Positions 33,214 to 45,212 of a stretch of DNA of 64,000 bases are shown piece by piece; position 1 is the first letter of the stretch; each line of letters opens with the position of its first letter. Under the pieces are notes generated by a model, which was not told where the DNA came from, made no database searches, and was given only the letters and a program-made list of their open reading frames with translations. This DNA comes from Eukaryota sp. TZLM1-RC (taxonomy: Eukaryota > Protista > Metamonada: BaSk clade): positions 744,001-808,000 of the forward strand of contig JAUPSS010000009.1 in the NCBI GenBank assembly GCA_040285825.1, written 5' to 3'. Position numbers and translations under genes: made by a program.

Positions 33214-35775
33214 CTAATCTTCTTTTCCAAATAAAGCAGACTCAAGAATACTTGCAAAATCGTCCCCTTTTTCCACCTTTGAATCAGTGAAAGCACCATC
33301 TAAGAGCTGAGCATTCAATTCCGCTTTCTTTTTGGCTACTTCAATAATACCTTTATCTATAGAATTCTTGCTGCATAACCTGTACACTGTTACTGGCTTT
33401 GTTTGTCCAATTCGATGACAACGATCTTCCGCCTGACTGTCATTTTGGGGATTCCAATCTGAGTCAAAGAAAATTACAGTGTCGGCAGAAGTCAAATTTA
33501 TGCCTACACCACCAGCTTTGGTTGACAAGAGGAATATTTTGATTGATTGATCTGTATTGAAGAGATCAATAATCGGTTGCCGTTCAAGCGTGGCAACTGA
33601 GCCATCCAATCGACAAAAATCCAAATTTAGCGCAGAGCAAAACGCTTCAACGACATCCAAAAGTGATGTAAATTGGGAAAAAATTAAAATTCGGTGATCC
33701 TTACTAATCAGATCAGTGACAAGCTCCCGTAATTTTAAAAATTTACCACTGCTCCACAACAGATCATCTTCAGGCATAAGAAATTCTGCCAGCGCATCAT
33801 GACGTAAGCATAAATCGTGAATGTCGAAATCATTGAGAGCAGACAATTCAAGTGCCATGTCCTCTTTGATCAATCTTATTTTTGACCTAGAAAAGAAAAG
33901 ACTTCTTGATAATTCAAATAATTCTTGATCTTCAAACTCAGCTAATACATCCAATAATTTATCAAAAACTTCCCCAACATAATAAATTCTGAAAAAATGA
34001 GGGTGGTTGGCCGCTTTTCTCAGTTGCATTACCACATTATTTAGTTTAGACTTTGATTGAGAATAGATGAAATCTCGAATTCCTTTGTGATCTGTTGTTA
34101 ATTCCCGATTTAAAATCCCACTGTAGACCTCCGACTGTAGAGTCGTCATGTCACATTTCTCTAAAATTTCAGTTTTTGTGGGCAAATCAGGAGCTACCAC
34201 TGATTTAAGTCGTCGTAGAATAAAAGGTTGCAAAATTCTACGCAATTGAGCTCTTCTCTTCTCCTTCTTGACTGCCAAAGACTTACTCCTTGTCAATAAA
34301 GTCAAACTTTGGGTACTCGTGTCCAAATTTTTATCCTGATCCTTATTCGCCTCGTCACCCGTATCACTGAGCTGATCTTCCTCGCTGTCCACAAGTTCAT
34401 CCATCTCATCTATTGGAATGTCTTCTATTGAAAATCCAGAAAACAAAGAAGGCATTAAAAACGATAATAGTGACCACAATTCTTTTAAATTGTTTTGCAA
34501 AGGCGTCCCGGTCAATAATAATCGATGATTGCAATCAAATGACGTGATTCTTTGATGACGTTGACTAGAAGCATTCTTTATACCTTGTGCTTCATCAAGA
34601 ATTAAAAAATCAAATTTAAATTTTTTAAAAAACTTTTTATCAATTTTTTGAACGACAATATTGTAGGTTGTGATAATGACATGTGGTAATTTTCCTCTTT
34701 TTTTCATTTTCTTTAATTGCGACTGCTGCCAAAGCCTATCATCAATTGAACCATAGTATATAAAAACATTCAAACTCGGACAAAACTTTCCAAATTCAGA
34801 TTCCCAATTGAGAATAATAGAAGCTGGTACTATAATCAAATGAACCCCATTGGCTCTCTTCTCGTGGTCCAACAGTGCCAGGAAAGCTATGCAACTTATG
34901 GTTTTCCCCAAACCCATTTCATCTGCCAAGATACAGTTAACATTTTGGTAATGCAACACTGAGAGCCATTTGAGAGCTATGAGCTGATGCTTGTGTAGTG
35001 TAGCGTTTAGGCTTGGTGGGATGGTTATAGATTCCGAATTCATTGTAGAGGAATCATCAATTGCTTTAATCAAACGTTCTCGATGACGTTCTGATTGATT
35101 GATGAGGAAATCAAGGGATCCATCCTTGTGATCTGCATCGTCGTCAGAGGTGTCAGACTGAGAGTCATTGTGATCTCTTCTGTCTAAATTTTTAGTATTC
35201 GTACCCAAATTTTCACCATGATCCTTATTATCATCAAGCTCTGAATCACTGTCAACAACAACTTTCTTCCTTTTAAACCGCAGTAAAGGAGATCCTACCT
35301 TATTAAAAGTCGTGTCAGAAGTACCTCTGGCGAATAATGAAGCCAACCGAGGTGTCCCAGCAGTGGAAGGTACTATGGGAGTAGTAGAGGATGGTGATTT
35401 GGGGTTGGGGTTGGGGTTAGAAGAGATGATTTTGGAGAAATCACGAGTAGTTTCATTGACAACATTCGTAGAAGAAAGAATAGACCGAATTCGCTCATGC
35501 AGTTGGAGTAAATTGTCTTGATTCTTCTTTACAAAAGAGGGTTTGTAGGTGGGAGGTTTTGGGGTTGTCTTGGGAGTGGTAAAGAGAGTCTTAGTAGCTG
35601 TGTCTTCAGGGGAAGGAGAAGAGGGATTATCATCTGGGTCAAATGAGGAGTCAAACTCGTCTGCAGGTTCTTCTGCACCAGGGTTTTCCTCAAAAGCGGG
35701 GTCGGAAAAGTCAGAAACAGCGTCGTCGTCGGATGAAGGTGAAGAGAAGATGTCTAGAGATGGAGAAGCTGGCAT
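33214..35775 (-). CDS. SMARCAD1: SNF2-family chromatin-remodelling ATPase, SMARCAD1/Fun30-like
   Basis: ILADEMGLGKT, LILDEAQ, LTGTPLQNNL, ILRRLK, LRKAANHP, IFSQF, LSTKAGGVGINL, WNPQNDSQAEDRCHRIGQ; acidic low-complexity N-terminus. Confidence 0.85.
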   Translation of the reverse strand: MPASPSLDIFSSPSSDDDAVSDFSDPAFEENPGAEEPADEFDSSFDPDDNPSSPSPEDTATKTLFTTPKTTPKPPTYKPSFVKKNQDNLLQLHERIRSILSSTNVVNETTRDFSKIISSNPNPNPKSPSSTTPIVPSTAGTPRLASLFARGTSDTTFNKVGSPLLRFKRKKVVVDSDSELDDNKDHGENLGTNTKNLDRRDHNDSQSDTSDDDADHKDGSLDFLINQSERHRERLIKAIDDSSTMNSESITIPPSLNATLHKHQLIALKWLSVLHYQNVNCILADEMGLGKTISCIAFLALLDHEKRANGVHLIIVPASIILNWESEFGKFCPSLNVFIYYGSIDDRLWQQSQLKKMKKRGKLPHVIITTYNIVVQKIDKKFFKKFKFDFLILDEAQGIKNASSQRHQRITSFDCNHRLLLTGTPLQNNLKELWSLLSFLMPSLFSGFSIEDIPIDEMDELVDSEEDQLSDTGDEANKDQDKNLDTSTQSLTLLTRSKSLAVKKEKRRAQLRRILQPFILRRLKSVVAPDLPTKTEILEKCDMTTLQSEVYSGILNRELTTDHKGIRDFIYSQSKSKLNNVVMQLRKAANHPHFFRIYYVGEVFDKLLDVLAEFEDQELFELSRSLFFSRSKIRLIKEDMALELSALNDFDIHDLCLRHDALAEFLMPEDDLLWSSGKFLKLRELVTDLISKDHRILIFSQFTSLLDVVEAFCSALNLDFCRLDGSVATLERQPIIDLFNTDQSIKIFLLSTKAGGVGINLTSADTVIFFDSDWNPQNDSQAEDRCHRIGQTKPVTVYRLCSKNSIDKGIIEVAKKKAELNAQLLDGAFTDSKVEKGDDFASILESALFGKED

Positions 35776-36329
35776 GAGAGATTTCCAGCAGCAGGGAAAA
35801 AAGGGTTTCCAAGTAAACTATTTACCATTACATTATTGAAATAAAACTGTAGCTTGACGATGATAATGGCTAATTCTGCAAATTTACATTTCCATGTACT
35901 GATTTTTACGGATTTCACTATTGATTTAATACGAAAGAGGATGTATCATTCTAACAAATGCTGGTTTTGTTGTATTTCGATTGATCTTGAAATTGTATTT
36001 TCTAGTATCATTTGTTTCAACAAAGCTGTTGATTAGGCTTTACTCTTTAGGCAACAATCAGTATTATTTATTATGTAAGTAGAAAGTATAATATGTCAAT
36101 ACTCTGCTACTGATTTGTCTAATTCACGTATTTGGAGTCAAACTGAAGCCCACATTTATAAAATTTTTAGTTGTGCAAAATTATCATTGACAAACACAAT
36201 CAATTGGTTTTCTGGTGAAAGTTTTCTGCGTAGAACTATACAACTTATTGTTTTTACCACCGGAAATAATTTTCGACTTTGAGAAATGTGGTTTAATTGA
36301 ATTTGTATAAAACGTTCGCAAGTTTTCTT

Positions 36330-37390
36330 CAATTGCTTTTATTGATGGATGTAGAAATGTAGATTTTGAGTTTTCTGAAAGATTTGCCGATTGGGAAGAT
36401 TGATTAATGACAACGCAAAGTTCAACTATTTTTGCATAAAATAAAGAAATTTCAAAAATTGATGTGGAAAAATGGAGTCGACGCTTTCCCCAATCATTCA
36501 ATGGTAATATTCCGGAACAGAATCTTTTAAATTTAAAATAAACTCTTCGAACATTACAGAAACAATTGACTGGAATGTATGAAAATGATCTTCAAAAAAT
36601 ATATGCAGCTCATCTGTTTTAAATCAAGATCTTCACTCATTGTCATTGGCAAAAGCTGTTTGTGAAAATCAGTCATTAGATTCGCCACTGTTTGTAACCA
36701 TTGTACCACGGAGATTTGGACTGTGTGCTAATAATGAAGCGTTTGTAACAAAAATGATATTTATATTTGAATATGCCTATTGATCAATTATTATTAAAGG
36801 AAAATTGTATTTGTTCGAATTCACCACAACTCACTTTGCGCCATGATATGAATTGTTCGAAATTGATAACTTATCGTTCTTCATTACTTGATGCTGTAAG
36901 AGACACTGTTTTTAATATGGCACAAACTGCAACAAATTCGTGTATAAAAGAACTTCTCTTGAAGGAAACACTGCCATTGAATAATTTTGGTTCTGACGAT
37001 GGAGGTAATGAATACTGTGATTGGACTGATAACTCTGAAGCTATTGTTGACTTATGACAAAGATATCGAAGATGCTAATGCTGATAGAAATAGACCACTT
37101 GTTTTTATTGCTTTCCCATTTTCGATAAACGAAAGACTACCAGTAGGGGCAGGAATCTTTTTGAGTGTTTTCCAAAAAAATGATTCAAGAAAAAACATTG
37201 AAAAGATTTATTATGCTTTTATGGCGCTCTTGAATTCCCTTTGCCATTACTCATAGATTACCTCGGTTGTTCAATCGAATTAGATAAGCTTTACCTAGAC
37301 ATCAAGCAGATCAAGATTTTGTAGAGGAAATCTTGGTTCAATGATTATCGTCCCATTAGTTATGAAATTATTTTGTTAAGTGTGCAAAAC
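36330..37390 (+). mobile_element. Decayed non-LTR family B 3' half
   Basis: Near-collinear with reverse complement of 47890-49060 (CICSNSPQLTL.H..NC, DAVRDTVFNM); many stops. Confidence 0.8.
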
Positions 37391-37738
37391 CCATCAATAA
37401 AAAAATTGTAACGTTCGCAAGTGGCATATTGGTGTTGATTATATTAATATTGATTTCAATAGCATAAAAATTTCATTACATTTATCTGATATTTTAACAA
37501 GATATCTTAACAACAACGGAGATGATTTTCAGTTTAAATGAACACAAAACAAGTATGAAAAAACAAAGTTTTGATATGAAGAACGTTGATGAATGTATAT
37601 CTGTTGAGAAAACGATGGTTCATGAAGGAGCAACATCAATATTTGATTGTCATGATTGGCATATCTGTTTGTATAATAACATTAATGAGAATTACAATAA
37701 AACAAAAACATTTATTTCAAAAGTTCTATTAGTTCTAT

Positions 37739-39980
37739 TTACATCTGACCATGGAATGTCCTTTCAATCACTTCACCTTGTTGAGCCTTGGTCAACCTAG
37801 TAAAGTTAACAGCATAACCCGACACTCTGATGGTGAGTTGAGGATACTTTTCAGGGTGATCCATGGCATCAAGCAAAACTTCTCTCCGAACACAATTGAC
37901 ATTGATATGGAACCCATGTGATTGAATATAGCCATCAATCATGGCAGTCAAATTAGAAACTTGTTCCGACTCAGACTTTCCAAGAGCGGAAGGTAGAATT
38001 GAAAAAGTATTGGAAATACCATCTCTACAATCATCATATTGAATCTTGGCCACAGAGTTGAGAGAAGCAATAGCCCCAGATTTATCTTTTTGCGAAGATG
38101 GATTGGCACCAGGGGCAAAAGCTTCTCCTTTACGACGGCCATCAGGGGTGTTACCAGTCTTGCGACCATACACCACATTAGAAGTAATGGTGAGGATGGA
38201 GAGAGTGTGGGTGGCATTGCGGTAGGTTGGGTTCTTGCGAATCTTTTCAATGAACTGGTGGCAAAGATCAACAGTGATCGAATCGACACGATCATCATCA
38301 TTTCCATAGCAAGGGAAGCTTCCTTCAATCTTAAAATCAGTAATTAAACCAGTTTCGTCTCTCAATGGATAAACCTTGGCATACTTGATGGCAGAAAGAG
38401 AGTCAGCAACATGAGAAAGACCAGCGATACCGAAAGCCATTAGGCGTTCCACATTGGTATCATGAAGTGCCATCATTGACGACTCATAAGAGTACTTATC
38501 ATGGGAGTAATGAATGGCATTCATAGTATTAACGTAGAGTTCAGTAAGCCAGTCCATGTACTTCAGGAAGCGTTCCCAAACCTCGCTGTATTCAAGAGCA
38601 TCTTCACCAGCAGCACCGCCGAATTGAGGGCCTACTTGTTGACGAGAAACTTCATCAACGCCATTGTTGAGGGAGTAGAGGAGTAATTTAGCAAGATTAC
38701 ATCTTGCACCAAAGAATTGTTTTTGTTTTCCCTTGAATTAATGATATTAAAAAAAACATACAAGGCGCATAGCAGAGACACAGCAAGCAATACCGTAATC
38801 GGAACCAAAAATAGGCCTCATAAGATCATCGTTTTCATATTGGATTGAAGATGTATCGATAGAAACTCTTGAGCAAAAATCTTTAAAGGTTTGTGGTAGG
38901 GATTTCGACCAGAGGATAGTGATGTTGGGTTCTGGAGCAGGGCCGAGATTGTAAAGTGTCTGTAGAATTCGATAAGAGGTCTTTGTAACCATGTGCTGGC
39001 CACTTTCGTTGAGGCCACCCAAAACAATGGTTACCCAGGTAGGATCACCGGCAAAGAGGTCATTGTATTCAGGAGTTCTTAAATGACGGACAAGACGAAG
39101 TTTAATGACGAAATGGTCAATGAATTCTTGAATTTGTTGTTCAGTGAATTTACCACTAGCGAGATCACGTTCAATATAGATGTCAAAGAAAGCATCTGGA
39201 CGTCCAAAGCTCATAGCGGCACCATCTTGTTGTTTGATAGCAGCAAGGTAAGCGAAATAGGTCCATTGGATAGCTTCTTGAGAATTTTCAGCAGGACGAG
39301 ACAAGTCAAAGCCATAGATTTCTCCAAGCTTCTTGATTTGCTTCAAGGCTTTTATTTGTTCAGACACTTCTTCATGGAGACGCATGGTGTCTTCGAGCAT
39401 AGTTTTGGGGAGGTTCGCCTTGTCGGTCTGCTTTTCCTGGATCAGTCGGTCAGCTCCGTAAAGAGCAAGTCGGCGATAGTCACCAATGATACGACCACGG
39501 CCATATCCATCAGGGAGGCCAGTGATAATACCAGACTTTCTAGCAGTTCTCATTTCGGAGGTGTAAATGTCAAAGACACCATCATTGTGAGTCTTGGCGT
39601 ACTCAGTGAAGATGCGCTGGGTTTCGGGGTCCATTTTATATCCATAGGATTCGCTAAAATGAGTGATATCGTGGTACAAACCATGCAGTAGCAGTGATAC
39701 GGACACCTCCAGCACATTTCATAGTTCTTTGGAGAGGAGCTTCACCTTGGAAACCAACGATTGTTTCTTTGTTCTTATCTAGATAGCCAGCACCATGAGA
39801 GGTGATAGTAGATGGACGAACAGTGTCTAGATCGAGAATACCCTTCTTGAGTTCTTCTTTGAGCGCTTCGGAGGTCTTGGCCATGAGGTTCTTGGTGTTC
39901 TCAGTGGGACCTGCTAAGAAGGATGCATCACCATCATAAGGCTTGATGTTTTCAGCAATAAAACCAGCAACGTCAATCAT
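37739..39980 (-). CDS. pflB: Pyruvate formate-lyase (formate C-acetyltransferase), 3 exons: 39980-39682, 39653-38762, 38731-37739 (727 aa)
   Basis: [23 protein letters not shown] active-site cysteines, RVSGYAV glycyl-radical loop; introns 39654-39681 (28 nt) and 38732-38761 (30 nt) restore ATACESYG and [14 protein letters not shown]. Confidence 0.95.
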
Positions 39981-40038
39981 TCAGAAATGGAAGTTGAAAT
40001 TATGCCGAAAACAGCAAGTTTCCGATTTTAAAGAACTA

Positions 40039-40048
40039 ATCACGTGAT
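40039..40048. promoter_or_regulatory. Palindromic E-box-like site (ATCACGTGAT) in the 124-bp divergent intergenic region
   Basis: Perfect 10-bp palindrome between the PFL ATG (39980) and ATG 40105; function inferred only. Confidence 0.3.
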
Positions 40049-40104
40049 CGCTCAAAAATCGCAGTTTTCATACAGTATCCATATCATTATTTAAAGACAC
40101 AGAA

Positions 40105-41340
40105 ATGGAAACTAACATTGCATCTACCATCGGTAACTTTAGTCATTATTCTGGACTTGATGGTAAACCTATCTTTGAGCCCGGCCGATCAGGCTTTGCT
40201 GCTAGATCTTTCTTACATCAACTGGGAGCAGTTAATCTCACTGATGGACGCCTAACCTATCTCAAGACATCGATCGACCACATCAATGAACCTTCAATTG
40301 TCATCATCCGGGCAGAAGATCGTTACATTCGTCAATCCTATGGAGATTCCGAAGTAACAATCTCACTCGAAGAAGTTAAACGTCTGTGGGATTCTGCTAG
40401 ACTGTTTTGTGATTCTTCCATTGTTCCAGTGAACTTCTACTTCAAATTGGTGAACGAGTTTATCCATGGTTCCAAGTCTTCCTTTTCCGAGCAAGAAGTT
40501 TACTCTTTCGTGCAAGTCTTTGGTAAATCTACTGCTCAAAGTGTATTACAACAGTATTCCGATCATGGTTTTTATTCCTATAATGATTGTGAGAAGGCAC
40601 TCAACACTTCTTTCCTTATCCTAGCTTCAGCAGTTGCTCATTCACAGCTGGTGCATTTCTTTGTAGAACAGGAAGTAATTGATGGTCTTGCTTTATCCAA
40701 GCTTCGATCTGGGCGTCTGGACGATTATCCTCCGACGTTATTGATTAGCGTTCCTGGTTTTAATTTTGCTTATGCCTCAATTTCCCGGTCTTTGCTTAAA
40801 GAATTTGTTAAATCACCTTTTACCTTGCGTCCTCGTTTCATGGCCCTGTGGAAGATTGTGCTCTCTGCGCTCGTTTACTATAATTACCGTGTCTTAGTGT
40901 TGCCAGCCATTGGCCTAGGAGTCTTCTTGGGAGGCCGGGACTCAGTCAAGGAGGACATCGCTACAATGTACTTTGAAACTCTCGCTGAATCATTAGAGTT
41001 GGTTGAATTCAAAAGCAAAGTTGATCATGTTTTCTACCATCCCATGAAGTATGGGAAGCAATTGGAATCGGTTATTTCAAGATTTTCTGGCACCGTCCTC
41101 ACCGCTTTTTACAAGGATGTGAAGATGTTTGTTGTGGAGCTTTCCAAAAATGGCTTTAACGCCGCATTGGTGAATCCTTCTGATGCTGATGTTATTTGGG
41201 GAGTTTTTGATGTGGGCGAGTATTGGAAGTTTAGTGCAAAGGCTGCTGAAGAAGATTTTGCCTGCACTTCAACTGCTGTTATTGGCAGTTTTGGTATCAA
41301 TCCTGTTTATAAAGATATCAGCAGGATGATCGATGTTTAG
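40105..41340 (+). CDS. Hypothetical protein, possibly macrodomain/ADP-ribosyl-hydrolase-like
   Basis: Intact 411-aa ORF; 'VLVLPAIGLGVF' resembles the macrodomain diphosphate-binding loop; family call tentative. Confidence 0.6.
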   Translation: METNIASTIGNFSHYSGLDGKPIFEPGRSGFAARSFLHQLGAVNLTDGRLTYLKTSIDHINEPSIVIIRAEDRYIRQSYGDSEVTISLEEVKRLWDSARLFCDSSIVPVNFYFKLVNEFIHGSKSSFSEQEVYSFVQVFGKSTAQSVLQQYSDHGFYSYNDCEKALNTSFLILASAVAHSQLVHFFVEQEVIDGLALSKLRSGRLDDYPPTLLISVPGFNFAYASISRSLLKEFVKSPFTLRPRFMALWKIVLSALVYYNYRVLVLPAIGLGVFLGGRDSVKEDIATMYFETLAESLELVEFKSKVDHVFYHPMKYGKQLESVISRFSGTVLTAFYKDVKMFVVELSKNGFNAALVNPSDADVIWGVFDVGEYWKFSAKAAEEDFACTSTAVIGSFGINPVYKDISRMIDV

Positions 41341-41519
41341 TTTTGTTTTGTATGATATTTTATGTAAATAAGTAAATTAAATTAGTTAGATTTTGCTTTT
41401 CTCTTTACTTACACCAAACATGGTCAAACATGTAAATCATTTTTTCGGTCTCCTCAACAAAAAGTGTAATGAAGCCGTCTTATGTTTAGGTTTATCAGAA
41501 TTTCAAGTAAGTATACCAA

Positions 41520-42660
41520 TTTTGTTTTCAAAGGTTTCCTTATGATGTTCAAATGATCCATGGTGAATCTTATTTTTATTTGAATCAACTTCAAATTGAA
41601 TTAAATAATTTGCCTAGTGATATCTGTATTCAGTGTTTTCCTCAAAATATTCAAGAAATTCCCACCCGATCACTTCCAAATTTACGTTTTTGCATGAAAA
41701 AGCTTCAGCACCATCTGGTTAAATTATATGAAGGCTTGGATTATGAAGTAAGACTTGGCTTGGTCAAAACTAAAAATCCCGCTTTCGGTAATTTTTTAAA
41801 GGATATTCGTGATAGCTCTGCTGCTGCTTTAGTAACTCAAATTTCCTCTGTTTATGGACTGTTGTTAAAAAACAATGAATGGCTTTTAAACATGCGTTTT
41901 CGTTGTTTTCTGTGGCCAAACAATTTGCCCAATCATTTGTAGATGTGGTTAACCTCTTTTGTTTACTCATCTTTTGAACTGTAAACATTTCATTACATTT
42001 AGAAGCAAAGTGCACAATAACGCCAGGGACCAAATTTATGTAATGCGTGAATCATATCGAGTAGATTCCTTTTTAGAACCGCTGTTATCAAAATTAATTC
42101 TTGATGATCCCAATATTGATAGTACGCGTTACAACAGAGCTTTTATGGGTCTGACAAGAGGTGATCTAGTTGTTCCCGGTTTAAATGGTAGTTTTACCAT
42201 TTTAGACACCATCCATTGACCCTTGTAATTCCTCTAACGAACATCTCATTAACTCGGATGTAAATAATCCTCTTCTTGCAGACGAAAAATATAAAATTGC
42301 TAAATATGCGAAACCCATTTCCTCGATTAATGAAAATTCTCATGCCCAATATAATTTATGTCCCTTTGTTTTTTCTTTGCTTGGATCTTTGGGTAAGGCT
42401 GCTATGGCTTTCCTTGAGGATTTTGTTGTAGTTGTAAAGGAAAGAACTGGAAGAATTTTCAATCGTGTTTACTGGCAAAACAGGATTGTATTTTCTGTTT
42501 TTAAGGGAATGGTAAAACTGATTTTTGATTCACTGTCTTCTTTTGGGAAATTTTCTGAATCTTTGGCAATTAATTGTTTTGATGTAGGGGAGGCAGGTTT
42601 TGAGGATGTGGAGTTTTAATTGTGTATTTTATGTTTTCATATTCGTTGTTGAATAAAATA
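41520..42660 (+). mobile_element. 5'-truncated decayed CRE-type element (family A-related)
   Basis: KNPAF, MRFRCFLWP, HLLNCKHFITFRSKVH, RGDLVVPGL, YWQNRIVFSVF, tail GFEDVEF*, AATAAA. Confidence 0.85.
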
Positions 42661-42734
42661 AAATTTTTTATTAGTATACCAGTTATTTTGACAAAATTGG
42701 TTTGATTAGGATTCAAAAACTTCCAAGAATAGTA

Positions 42735-44639
42735 CCGTGTTTGAAAAAAATTTCGACCCAAAAAAAGTTCGAACTTTTCTAATATTGCTCGAAAAATTTT
42801 CGGTCGAACATTACTCAGTTCGAACATCTGTGAAAAGATAAAATATTTAATCATTTCTCTCAAAAGTTATTAATCATTTCACGTGATTTGCACTCTTTCT
42901 CGTGGGGTCACTATGCCAAACCTTCTTTCTCCTGAACCACCAAAAAAACGTCGTGTTACTTTGCTCCACTACTATCAGCCTGCTTCACAACTCGTTGAAG
43001 TCATTGATATTGGCTCTAAACAATCTGATCTAAAAAACCTTCCTTCTCAAGAACAGTCTCAAGGCCAAGAAGTTCTACGTGCAGCCTCTGCTCCAAATTC
43101 TTTCAAATCTTTCTCAGCAGTTCGTCCACCCAATTATCAGAAACTCTCACCTGAAGACCAGTTCAGTATGCTTTTTTCTATGCAAGAATCTAGACACTCT
43201 CTTCGCCATTTCAAACGATTTAATCCACAGTGGAAACATGTGCCTAAGTCTAGTGTTGCCACTTGGAAACAGCGATTCTTCAAAATAAAATCTGATTTAT
43301 CAAGACACAATTATAGTGGCGACCAACTGGAAAAGACTGTTGAAAATACAGTACTGTTTTATAGCAAAACATGGCCGACCGACATTGTCACCTGAAATGT
43401 CCCATCACCTTCATTTTAAGATTCCTTGAAGCAGTACAAAAGGATGGCGGAGTGATTGCGCCTGTTTATGTAATGAATATTGCAAAATCTGTGATGAATA
43501 GTGAAGGCAAAGGTCATATGTTGAGAGAAAATGGCGGTGACATTGAGCTTCCAGAATCTTGGGCGGACGGTATCATCAGAAATCATTTAAAATGAATTTT
43601 CACGCAAGTCGATAGCAATTCGAAAATTGACTCTGATAGAAATAATCGAAATTGGAAATATGATGAAAGAAATTATGAACAAAGTCGTTGATTACAGCCC
43701 TGCTCTAGTTCTTTGCGTGGATAAAACAAATGCTTCCTGAGTTCCAGTATCCAATTCCACATATGCCCCTAAAGGTTCAGAAAAAGTTCTACTTGGACAG
43801 GTGACAAACGTGGGAATACTGTATTTTTGACTGTAACACTTGAAGGTAAGTCATTAAAACCTCAATAAATTTGAGAGGGTTAAAATTTTCAAAGTTTGGT
43901 CAACACTATTCATCTGGAAGGTTTTCTGAACTGTGAAGATTCCATCACCAAAAAATCCTTTCGATGTGACAAAATGATGAGACTATAATTTAAGTTTATT
44001 TAAGAGTAATTGTGAAGCCCTATTTGGAAAAAGAAAAAGCAACAATGGCACAAGAACTCAATTCAAATTTTCCTGTTGGTGATCGTGCACTTATGATTTG
44101 AGACCAACACTATACGCATGATTTAAAAAAAATGTATACACTTGGAGAAGAGCTCAATTTGGATATTGAACTTATACCTGCAAGGGCCACTGATTTATTT
44201 TGTGTGCTGGACGTTTCTATAAATGCACCCTTTAAAAAACGGCTAAGAAAAAGATTTGGTGAATACTGTACCGAAGACATTACCAAACAGTTACAGAACA
44301 ATGTAGCTTTAGATGATGTAAGATTAAATTTATTGGCAACAACCGTAAAACCAAAAATTGGGCAGTGGATCATTGATTCATTTGAGCATTTGAAAGCGAA
44401 TATGGAAAACTATATTCTAAATGAATGGGAGCATGTTCGCAAAGACATTGATGCTTGCATTCAAGCCCTTGAATAGTTGTTTGATATTTAGTTCATAATT
44501 ATTATAAGTTATTTAGATGATTTCCAATAAATTGTTTTTCTGAAATATGTCCGAACTTTTATTATTTTGTTCGAAAATTTTTCTGTTTGAACAATTTTCT
44601 GTTCGCTGTTTTTTGGGTGGAGGTTTTTTTCCAACACGG
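42735..44639 (+). mobile_element. pogo/Tigger-like (DDE_1) DNA transposon, decayed, with imperfect TIRs
   Basis: Left CCGTGTTTGAAAAAAATTTCGACCCAAAA vs reverse complement of right end CCGTGTTGGAAAAAAACCTCCACCCAAAA; TA before the left end; transposase remnants 'DKTN..VPVSNSTYAPKGS', 'GDKRGNTVFLTVTLEG', 'LIPARATDLFCVLDVSINAPFK'. Confidence 0.85.
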
Positions 44640-44695
44640 ACATCGTATTGGACATCTTAATTTCTACTATTTCACTGTTCCACTCTAATTCACAA

Positions 44696-44768
44696 TCACT
44701 CGTAGCACAACCGGCAGTGCGCTCGACTGTTAATCGAAAGGTTGTGAGTTCGAGTCTCACCGAGTGAG
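44696..44768 (+). tRNA. tRNA-Asn (GTT)
   Basis: Same cloverleaf as 2486-2558; T-run shortly downstream. Confidence 0.95.
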
Positions 44769-45212
44769 TCCATTTTTGTTCGATGTGGTTGGTCGAATAC
44801 ATCGAGCATATCACTACATTTCGCGATAAAAACAAAGCAACAACAGATAAATTTTTTTATTTAGATGGTGATTTTTTTGTTGCTTTTTTTATATAAAAAA
44901 TTCTTTAAAAACTAATCGCAAAAAATAAAATTCTAATTCTTCATCTTCAAAATCAGCCAACAAAAATTGAGTGGAAGTTTTTCCTTCCTAAAAGCGACCA
45001 AGAGATATTAAAGCAGAAGAATATAACAAAAGCAAATAAAGGATGAAGTTAATTTCCTATATTAAAAATTTACAATGAAGAACCAGATAATGATTCCTCC
45101 AAAATCAACCAAGAACATACATTTCTATTGCTATAGTACAAATAAAAAACTAAATAAAACTAAATTTCAAAATGTTACAACTGAAATTAACGATTAAATT
45201 ATTAAAATTAAT

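Noticed and set aside
39083-39691. 202-aa plus-strand ORF
   Set aside because: Antisense shadow of the codon-biased PFL gene
37739-39980. PFL as a frameshifted pseudogene or bacterial contaminant
   Set aside because: Both breaks are resolved by canonical GT-AG introns, and neighbours are eukaryotic genes
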